From the human T2T-CHM13v2.0 reference genome, Homo sapiens, in the NCBI RefSeq assembly GCF_009914755.1, contig NC_060931.1: a stretch of 64,000 nt of DNA; one strand, 5' to 3'. Below, piece by piece: positions 53,820-64,000 of this stretch. The translations under genes were made by a program, and so were the position numbers. The first letter of the stretch is position 1. Each line of letters starts with the position of its first letter. The notes beneath the pieces were generated by a model. It was not told the origin of the DNA. It worked only from the letters and a program-made list of their open reading frames with translations, and searched no databases.

Positions 53820-56800
53820 AGAGTGTCTGTTCAAATCTTTTGCCCATTTTTAAATTATGTTGTTTATTTTCTTATTATTGAGTTAGAAGAATTCTTTATA
53901 TATTCTAAACACAAGTTATTTCTCAGATACATGTCCTGCAAATATTTTTTTCTCAGGTTTTTGCTTGCCTTTTTGTTTTTATAACAGTGCCTTTTGAAAA
54001 CCTAACAATTTTAATTTTGATAATGTCAAATGTACTGAGTCTGTTCTTGCTTTTTGTGTTATAGTTTAAAAAATATTTGCCAAGCTCAAGGTCACTAAGA
54101 TTTTCTTTTTGTCTTCCAAAACTTTTATAGTTTTAGGTTTTTGATCCATTTTGAGTTATAAAATAAGGCTTCTTTTTTTGCCTATGGCTATAAAATTTTT
54201 CCAGTAGCGTATGTTGAAATGCTTATCCTTCCCAGTTGAAATTCCTGGGGACCTTTGGCAAAAATTGATTGACCATAAATGCATGAATTTATATTTAATG
54301 TCTATAATCAATTGATCTGTTTTCCTATGATTACAGCAATACTCACTTTCTTGATTACTAAACTTGTATAATAAGTCTTCAAATCAGATAGTGAAAAGTC
54401 CTTCAAAATTATTTTTCTTTTTCAATGATGTTTTCATTATTCTAAGTTCTTTGTATTTCCATATAAATTTTAAAACAAACAATTTCTACAGCAAAGTCTA
54501 CTGAGATTTTGACTGGGCTCGCATTGAATGAATTTGCAGGGAATTGATGTTTTAACAATACTGAGTCATCACACTCTGAATGCACCATATTTCTCCACAT
54601 ATTCAATCTTTAATTTATGCTAGGTATCTTTTGTAGTTTCCAGTGTCTAGAACTTATACCTCTTTGTCAAATTTATCCATAAGTAGTTTATATTTTTATA
54701 TCATTATAAATAATATCATTTCATAAGTTCATTTTTCTAATTGCTCATGGCTAGTATAATAGAAATATAATTAATTTTGTAAATTGATCTTGTATCCTGA
54801 AACCTTGCTAAACTCATTTACTAATTCTGATAGTTTCTTTGTAGATTTTTTAGAATTTTTTACATAAGTGATTGCCTTTTATTTCTTTTTCAACCTGATT
54901 ACACAGGCTGGAATCTCCAGTAAAATGTTGAATAGAAATAATAAAGAGTGTACCACTTTGACCACTTTGCTTTGTTCCTGAATTTACAGGTATAGTATTC
55001 CGTCTTCACCATTAAGTACGATTTGAGTTGTTAGTTTTTCATAGATTCCATTTAGGGATATTTAAGGAGTCATCAGACTCTATGGAACACACACATGTAA
55101 GATTATTATTAAAAGGCAACGGATTAGATACAGAAAGAGAAAGAGAATTGAGGCAAGCATCAGATACCAAAGAGACATTCCACAAGAAGTTTCCCCGGGA
55201 CCACTATTCATATTCATGTCCCACCTATGTAACAATCTGTATCTCCAGCCATGCTGGACAAAATGGTTAGGCCAGTTGCAAATATCAGTAAAGAAACTGA
55301 TTTTGAAGGCCATTAGGAGAGTTTTGGACCTTAAACAGCATAACATAAATGCCATTACTCTTATCCTGACCAAGAGTCACAAATGAGGCATCCTCAGAGA
55401 TTAAAAAAAAAAAACCAAACAACAAAAACAAAACAAAACAAAACAAAACACAACTTTTTCAGTCTAGTTGTAAAACAACTCAATCTCCTCACCTTCTCAG
55501 TTTGAGGAAGTTCACTTCTATTCTTGGTTTCTTCAGAGCTTTTATTAGAAACGGATGGTGTGTTTTATCAAATAACTTTTCTCCAGCTATACAGATTACC
55601 TTTTTCAGCTGTTATTAAAAAGAATCACATTGGTTGAATTGAAAATCTTAAACCAGGCAGGCATTCCTAGAATAAAGCCCCATTTTGTCATGAGATTATA
55701 TATGAGACATGACATATATATGACATATTATATATGTCATGAGATGCGTGTGTGTGTGTGACATAAACATTTGGTAAAACCTTGGTAGAAATTTTTGCGT
55801 CCATGTTCATGATGGATTTTCATCTCCAGTTTTCTCTTATTTGGCTTTGGTATCAGGATCATAATGGCCTTATAGGATTGAAAAACATTCTGTCCTCTTC
55901 AATTTTCTAAGAGTTTGTGCAGAATTATTATTCTTTCCTTGACATTTTGGTGGAATTTCCCCATGAAGCTATCTGATCCACAATTTTTCCTCATGGAAAA
56001 GTTTAACTATAAGCTCAATTTATTTAAAAGAGTTACGGCTTTTTGAGTTATATTTATTTTTTAGTGAGCTTTGTTGGTTTGTGTCTTTCAAGGAATTTTT
56101 TCATTGAAATTGAAATTGTTAAATTTGTCATAAAATGTATTATATCTGCTTATTATCCTTCTAATGTGTGCAAAATTACTAGTGATGTCACCTCTCTCAT
56201 TACTAGTTCGGTAATTTGTGCCTTCATTTTTATTTTTTTAAATCAATCTAGCTAGAAATGTATTTGTCTTCTCAAAGAAGCAGCTTTCACTTTTATTGAT
56301 TTTTCTCTGTTTTCTCTTTTTACCTTTACATTTAGTATTTCATTTCTTCTGCTCTATTTGGGATTGATATTTTTCAAATTGTGTTAGTTTCTTAACATGA
56401 AAGTTTAAATCACTGATTTGATACCTTTTCTCTTTTTTAAACATAGGTATTTAGTGTTATAAATTTGTCTTTAAGTACAGTTTTAGTTACAAGCTAAACT
56501 TTTGGTATGTTTTCGTTTTTATTCAGTTCAAAAAACTTTCTAATTTTTTTTTATGTCTTCTTTGATCCATAGTTTACTTAGAAGTTTATCTTGTAGTTTC
56601 TGGATGTTTGAAGATTTTTCTAATATATTAGTTATTGGTTGTTAATTTAATTTTATGTTGGTCAGATAACATGCTCTGTATAATTTGAGACCTTCCTAGA
56701 AATATAGAGAACTTTTTTATGGCCCAGAATATAACATTTTATGGTAAACGTTCTGTGTGCACTTAAAATGAATATGTACTTTGTTGTTGTTGAATAGATT

Positions 56801-57640
56801 GTTTATAAATATAAATGAAGTCTAGTTGGTTGACTTCTTTAAAGAAGAATGCAATCTTATCCTACATGTGTGAATTTCTCTGTTTTTCTTGCAGTACCAT
56901 CATTGCTTTCTTTCTGTATTTTGAAGCTGTGTTACTTGGCATACACATATTTTGAACTGTTATTTTCTATCAGTTGACCTCCTATATCATTATGCAGTGG
57001 TCTTCGTTAGCTCTTTTAATACATTTTCTAAAAGTTAAAAAGAAGATTCTTACTATGAATCAGTGCTTCTATTACCCTTCTGAGGAAAGTTATAATGTGA
57101 TATAAAGGCTACATTGAAAGTTCTTCTTTAAATTAACTATACTTTATTCCTAAAATTACAAAGAATCAAGGTATTTAACAAGTCAAGTGCAATAAATTAA
57201 AATGTTCTTTTAGCATAAAGCAACACTAGAAAAAATAAACATTATAGATGGAAGTTAAATAGTTTTCAGTGGCTCCTTTGAATATTTTTTATCTCTGAAA
57301 TCCACTCTGTCTAAAATTACTGTAGTCATTTTAGCATTTTTTCATTAATATTAGTATATATTTTCCCATTCAGTTATTTCTACCCCATTGCTATCTATAT
57401 ACTCAAATTAGGTTTTTTAAGGCAGTGATAAGCAATTCTTGCTACTTTATCTAGCAATATCTGCCTTTTGAGTATTTAGACTATTTATATGTAATGTGGT
57501 TATTGATATTATTAATTAATACTGTCTCCTTACCCATTGTTTTCTATTTGTCCCATTTTTTTTTCTTCTTCCTCTTTCCTTTCTTTTTTTTTTTCTTTAG
57601 GGCTAATTTAGTATTTTTATGATTTCATTTTGTTTATTTT
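53820..57640 (-). mobile_element. Old L1M (ORF2-region) remnant, interrupted at about 55052-55497
   Basis: gtgtctgttcaaatcttttgcccattttt...ttgatcttgtatcctgaaaccttgctaaactc...ttggctttggtatcagg; T-rich. Confidence 0.8.
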
Positions 57641-58051
57641 TATTAGCTGTAATCCAGCAATTTATGGCAAATCAGCATATGAAAAGATGTGCAACATCAT
57701 GAGTAAGTAAATTCAAATTAACACTACAGTGAGATATTACTACTCACTAGAATGAGTAAATTTCATTTGGATAATAACAATAATTCAGATAATAGTTAAA
57801 TTAGATAACAAGTATTGGTAAGAGAGTTAAACAACTGAAATTCTCATACACTACTGGTAGAAATGTAAAAATTGTACAGGCAATTGAAAAAACTGTTCAG
57901 AAATTTCTTAGAAAGTTTAACATATAATTACCTTATAATCCTGCCGTTTAACATCTAGGCATTTATTCATGAGAAATAAAAACAGATGTTCAGATAAAGA
58001 TTGTACACCAATGTTTACAGCACCTTTATTTATAACAGTAGTTTGAAAACT

Positions 58052-58362
58052 GTCTGGGTGCCTTGGCTCATGCCTGTAATCCCAGCAGTTTGGTAGGCTG
58101 AGGCAGGTGAATCACCTGAGGTCAGGGGCTCGAGATCAGCCTGGCCAACATGGCGAAACTCCGTCTCTACTAAAAATTCAAAAATTAGCTAGGCATGGTG
58201 GCAGGTGCCTGTAATTTCCACTACTTGGGAGGCCAAGGCAGGAGAATCGCTTGAACCTAGGAGACAGAGGTTTCAGTGAGCTGAGATCGTGCCATTGCAC
58301 TTTAGCCTGGGCCACAAGAGTGAAACTCCATCTCAAAAAAAAAAAAAAAAAAAAAAAGAAAA
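58052..58362 (+). mobile_element. Alu (AluSx/Sz-like)
   Basis: Full dimer with long A-tail. Confidence 0.94.
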
Positions 58363-58379
58363 GAAAACAACTTAAGTCT

Positions 58380-59112
58380 TGTAGACTTGAAATCATGAGA
58401 TCCATATATTTGGAGAGGAGAGCTTTGTTTCTTATAAAGGGTTTCCGCCTGCAGGCTGGCCACCCTGCAGACTGGGAAGCATAGCCTCCAGCAGAAATCA
58501 AAAGCAGGTACTTCAATGGAAGAAGGATGAGACAGGAATTTATACTGGACAGGATGGCTAAGTATACATATCAACAAGTTATAAAAAGAGTTATGAATAT
58601 TCACAAGGGACACACATATGCTAGTAAGCAAACATACATATTACATATGTCACATGTTCACTTTAGGATGGAGAATTAACATTTAAATGTATTAAAATTA
58701 GGCTGTATATATTAAAAGATGACAGACATCTTGTGGGCAGCCTCTGTATCTGGCCAGAACCAGTCCATGGCTGGTAGTAAAAAATCAGAAAGGAATGTGC
58801 TATGAAACTGGTGAGCTGCTGTGTAGAAACTACAAGAAGGGAGAGGATTCCAGCTGCAGTGTCCAGCAGTTGGCTGAAATCAGCAAAGGAGTGAGTTTTC
58901 ATTTCTTTATTTTTCCAGGGCCAGTTTCTGTTTAACCCTTAGAAAATAATCTAGTAAAGATTGGCAAGGAATGAGGTACACCAAGAGGTACTCAACCTCC
59001 CACCTTGTCATGACCGGGAAACTCAATTTTTCAAAGTTTTTCTGGAGTCTTCTTGGGCAACAGGTGTCTGCTCAGTCAGTTGCAGGGCTTAGGATTTTAT
59101 TTTTATTTCACA
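58380..59112 (-). mobile_element. Solo ERV1 LTR (MER39/MER34 group)
   Basis: TG...CA termini; minus strand starts TGTGAAATAAAAATAAAATCCTAAGCCC; TSD GTCT/ATCT. Confidence 0.75.
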
Positions 59113-60499
59113 ATCTTTACAAAAATGTAAATTGATAAATAAGATAGAATATCTATGTAACGAAATTATACTCTGCAACACGGAAACATATGAAAATAAT
59201 TATGCTGAATATAAGACGTCAGATGAAAAAGAGTTCATAGTGAATGATTCCATTGTATATAAAATTTCAGAAAATATAAATGAATCTATAGCGACTGAAA
59301 GCAGATTAGTGGTTTATTGGGTTTGGGGGATGCTGGGGAGTGTTGAGAGGGAAGAATTACAAAGCCTGATGAGAAAATATTTGGGAATCATGTCTGAGCT
59401 CATTATCTTGAGTGTAATGATAAATTCTCATCAGATGATTGATAGATGACAGACACATAGATAGATAACTAAATATGTTATGTCAACTATAGCTCGTTAA
59501 AATTATTTTGAATACAACAAGATAGTTTGAACAGAATTCTAAGTACAAGGTAGAAAAGAAATTTATGTTATTGGAGGACAAAGGAATTGGTGATCACTGA
59601 GAACTGGAGCAGGTACCGGAGATATTTTAGAAAGTATGAGACTTAGGCTGTATGTTGAAGGCAATGGGTGTGTTCATGAAGATAATTTATGATTCAAAAA
59701 ATGGGCCCTGTTTTTGGATGATGTCAAACACCACCAGTTTCCTATCACTGTACATAGAAAGAATACGCCTCTATATGGTGCAAGCAAAAAACAATTGTAT
59801 TCAATTTCCCTTTTGCCCATTCAAAACTTTCTCACGAGGCTAGTTATTTTCTGTTCCTGGGTGACATCTACAGCAGTCCGCATGTTGTTGCCTAGTCGTA
59901 GTTCAGGAATTAAAATGTCCAGATAATTTAATTGTCTAAACTCCCAATTTTATTTCTGGTCAGTGATCTTTCTTCATCCCTCCTTGTTGTACCTTTTCAG
60001 GTACGGAGCCTGCAATGAAAAAGGGAATGTGTCTCCATCATTTCTATTTTGTAACTATTGCTTCTTTTTGTCCCCAGGTTTCTATCCTCTATAGCATAAG
60101 AAGAATTAGAAAAAAGAGCAGTGAGCGAAGAAACATTATGACTTGTCTGTTACTGTTGTGATCCTGCTTTAGGAAACGTTTACATTTGACTCTTTCACGA
60201 AGTCCTACTGCACTTCCCCTGACTTGGATAATAAATTGTATTATTTTTCCCTTCCCACTCAGTCTTAGATTTCTGAAGATATATCCCTTTGGTTGAGATC
60301 ATATCAAACCTGCAGATGGTCCTCTTCATCACAGTTGAAATCAATCTCTGACCCGTTATTTCTCACTTGGCACAATCCCTGTATCACAAAAAACACATTG
60401 CAGGGAAGTCTGTGATGGCTGCTTTGCCGCTCTCTTTTCCTGTTTCTCTCAGAGATTGCTCAGGAACCTGTATGTTCTGTTTTTTGACTTCAGGAGCTG

Positions 60500-60700
60500 T
60501 ATATATATATATATATATATATATATCTCCAGGAGACATATGTATTGTATATATATGTATATACATGTACATGAATGTATATATAGATACATTTATATCT
60601 TATATATACATTCATATACAGATACAGATATACAGATACATATATCTATACATTCATATCCACATACAGATATACAGATACATATACATATGTATATATC
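60500..60700. repeat. (TA)n microsatellite followed by TA/TACAGA-rich low-complexity repeat
   Basis: Direct reading. Confidence 0.9.
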
Positions 60701-61633
60701 TCAAGCTCTCTAGGTGATTAGATTAAAGATCCCATAGCTGACTTCAGTTAAGGCTAGGGCACCCTCCATTCTTTTTTGCCTCTTTGAATAGAGACAAAAA
60801 AAAAATCCATAGCAGTTCAGCAACTGTATAAAAAAAAATCCTCTTAGCTCTTTAACCTGAAAAATGTTGTGCTATAAAGGATATGTAGCTAGAGTTCAAG
60901 AAACTGTTTGCATTTTTGTTTCTGCACTGTTTCCTTTGCTAGTCATATATAGGCAGTAGTATATCACCTCAGTGTGGAATGTGGAAGCACTTGCCTGCTA
61001 TTGTTTTCGTCTTGGAATTTGAAGTCTCCACCAAAACTAAAAAGAAAGGTTTCCATTTGAACATCCTGTTACAAGAATGTATACTGCCAAGGATGTGATG
61101 TAATTGAATTTGACTATCAAATCTGTAGTTCTCAGAACATAGAATTGCAAGAGGCATCACTTATGAGCAACTTGCAAGAACGTGTGATTAGTTTGGGTAT
61201 TTAATTTTTTGTTTATTTGCATTTATTTCAGACTCTGTGCCAATATGCTGTTAAGATTTATATTGAATAACAAAACAAGATTATGAATAATTCTATAAAT
61301 GTCAAAATACTAGCAAGCAATCTTATTAGTATTTTTCCGTGAAAGCTATCAAAATAACGATGTTTTGAAAAATAATTCCTTCCTATAATATCACAGATTT
61401 ATCTAAATTGACATTCAAATCAAAGCTTGTTTCTTGCAACTAATAACGCATGATTGGTTATTTGGGGCATGGGATAATATGACTAAATGCCAAAATGTCT
61501 TATTATGTCTTGAAATTATTAGTGAGAGTTTAATGTAGAAAAGTTCATTACAATTCACAACACATTAAAATAACAAAGCCTTTAAAACTTTTTCTTAAAG
61601 CTAAGGAGAATATGTATAAGTTTGTTAGAAGGG

Positions 61634-62160
61634 GGTGTCAAAGACAAAAATTCAAACAAGTAAACTGATTTTATTCAGTCTATTACAATAGGGAGAACAC
61701 TCCAGATCTGAATATCAGAGTTTCTCAGCAGGGTGATTTTACTTTGGCATTTATAAATAGGAATAAACAAGTTACAGGTGGACAATCATCCAGTTGGGCT
61801 TATTTCTATAATCAGGGAGTGTCTCAATCAGCTGAATAAGAAATGTTTATTTCTGTGTCTAGTTAATATCACGGGACAAACATTTCACCTAATCATTGGT
61901 GAGCCAAAGAATGGGAATTTAGAGCTTTTGTATCTGGCCTTGTCATAGGTAAACAAGGAGCTCATCTGTCAGTCTTAGGAGAGTCACAATAAATAGTGGA
62001 CATCAAATCTTATCTGAGTCATATGGGGAAAGGTGGTTCTTTGCAGTAAACAATTTCCTGGAACATAAAATGGTGGGGGTTCTGAAAAACACAAGAGTGG
62101 GGAATGATCCTTAACCACAACTGTGTTCTGGAGCAAAGCGCCCAGGTTCAACATTGTAAA
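61634..62160 (-). mobile_element. ERV1-type LTR (MER90/MER67/MER31-like)
   Basis: tgtcaaagacaaaaatt...ccttaaccacaactgtgttctggagca...ggttcaacattgt. Confidence 0.55.
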
Positions 62161-62287
62161 TCTTACCTCTGGACAGGTATTAGGAAATTGATTTAGCAAA
62201 CCTTCCTTTATGTGTTAAAGAAAAAACTAATGAAATTGTTGTGATTTTAATTTTTATCATTGGTACTTTGCAAATAAAAAAAAATTT

Positions 62288-64000
62288 TGACTTTCAGTCC
62301 AACATGTAAAGACTTTAAACTCATCAATCCCATCCTCATAACCAAAGAAAGCTGAACAAATTGAAAGTTAACAATGCTACTGAATTCCATCAGAGAATTA
62401 AAGTCCTGAAGAAAATGAGGAATACAGAGAGTCACAATTTGGCAGGAACAGAAGCAGTCAGAAGACATGATCTGGTAGGAACACTTACAGGGAATTGACA
62501 AACTGTTGAAGACTGACATGGACTGGCTCAAGGGGTAAAACCTCCTGGGGCCAGCCTTGAAGAAGCTGTCATATGTTCTGGAGGTTCTGGAGTGTTTACC
62601 TCCAGGGGCCCACCAGGTTCTCAGCGTGAAGATCACAGGAAATACTATCAAGATTCTGGCAGAGGAAAAGGAAAAGCAACCATTTTTAAACATCCCCATA
62701 GTCTTCTGTTCTTCCTAACAAAGTCCTGCTCTATTTTATCAGAACTTAAACAATTTGGGTTTTTCCAGAGACTGAAGGACCTTGGGGAAGGGAAATACCC
62801 AGTTCCAGCCTTCTCTAGCCTTCCTGTCTCACCTAAAGAGGAAAACAAGGCTGACAAGCACCTTTGAAGGTCAGGGACCAAGGGCAGAAGCCCACTAAAA
62901 TATTAATCACAGGAGTGTAGAACACTTCCCCTCCTCCCACACATTTCCAATTAGACTACTGAATAGTAATAAGGGATTACAGCTGAAATAAGTGCAAAGC
63001 TCAGACTCTACTTAAGAAAGAGTCTAAAAGGAAATCCAAAGACAAAAGGAGGTGCAATAACAAAGATACTAGAAGAAAATTTTAGCCTCTGACACCTGTA
63101 GATACAGCCTAACCCCAGCCAGATAATACAAAACTTCATACTAATGGCCTATTTATTTCAACACCTTGTACCTGATATGTCACTTCTGGCTTTGAACAGC
63201 AACAGCAAAACCACAAGGCATGCTAAAAGGTAAAAAATAATAATCTAAACATACAAATTCAGCATCACAATTAGATTTAGAGGTGGCAGAAATTGGAATT
63301 TTCAGTCTGAAAATAGAAAATAACTATTAAATATCCTAAGTGCTCTCTTGAAAAAGTAGACCCCATATAAGAAAAGATGGATGCCATAAACAGAGAAGAC
63401 ACAGAAATTCTAAGAAATAATACAAAGTATATGCTAAAAATAAAAAATTATATATTGCAAGAAAAAGAAAAAAAAATTCTTTCAGTGGCCTGATAGGCAG
63501 ACTGGAGGCTGAGGAAAGAATCAGAGACCTGGAGACATATCAATAGAAACTTCCCAAACTGAAAAGCAAGGAGAAAAAAATGAAAAAATAAACAAAATAT
63601 CTAAGACTGTTGGACAGTTACAAAATGTGTAACAAACATGTAACTGGAATACTGCAAGAAGAGAGAAAGGAATAGAAAAAAACATTTGAAGTACTTAATG
63701 GCTAAGAATTTTCCAAAATTAATGACAGACGCCAAAACACAACACTAGGAATCTCAGAGAACACCAAATAAGATAAACACAAAAAATACATACCTAGGTA
63801 TATAATAGCCACACTGCAGAAAATCAGAGATAAAGGGAATATCTTGATAGAAGCCAAGGATGGGGAAACCCAAAACATCTTAACTATAGATGAACAAGGA
63901 TAGGAATTATATCAGATTTTTCTATAGAAATCATGCCAGTTAAAAGAAAGTGGAGTAAAATATTTTGTATTGAAAGAAGAAAAGCACCAACCAAGAATTC
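62288..64000 (+). mobile_element. Old L1M 5' UTR plus degenerate ORF1 (runs off window end)
   Basis: A-rich; agactggaggctgaggaaagaatcag...atcaatagaaacttcccaaactgaaaagca...gaattttccaaaattaatgacagac. Confidence 0.8.

Larger units (their letters stand above)
57670..59510 (+). mobile_element. L1M 3' end interrupted by an Alu and an ERV1 LTR
   Basis: agcatatgaaaagatgtgcaacatca...ttctcatacactactggtagaaatgtaaaa...gaaagcagattagtggtt. Confidence 0.75.

Noticed and set aside
58178-58631. ORFs of 77-112 aa, and similar Alu-overlapping ORFs at 19, 21525, 24862, 30289 and 39410
   Set aside because: Translations of Alu or LTR sequence.
60367-60717. YI/IY-rich ORFs
   Set aside because: Translation of a (TA)n low-complexity repeat.
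62247-62881. 150-aa and neighbouring ORFs
   Set aside because: They lie in an old L1 5' UTR; no coding signature.

Overview
Human (primate) genomic DNA, AT-rich, covering the 5' end of the homeobox gene MEOX2 (GAX) on the minus strand. It contains about 9.1 kb of intron 1, coding exon 1 (ATG at 9664, splice donor after 9148, 13-His/4-Gln tract), a CpG-island promoter with an overlapping MEF2/TATA element, and about 54 kb of upstream gene desert. The upstream region holds a full-length RPL36A processed pseudogene fused to an Alu, a rearranged ERVL/MLT2 relic, solo ERV1 LTRs, a MER85 piggyBac MITE, old L1/L2/MIR fragments, several Alus and candidate enhancer or lncRNA segments. MEOX2 exon 1 is the only credible protein-coding region; nearly all other ORF-track entries are repeat-derived or chance ORFs. 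I found no convincing new multi-gene system. The best leads are the two upstream AUGs in the MEOX2 leader, the intact CUG-start RPL36A retrocopy behind an Alu, the MER85 element and the block-swapped ERVL. Repeat subfamily names come from my recall of consensus sequences and need RepeatMasker/Dfam confirmation.
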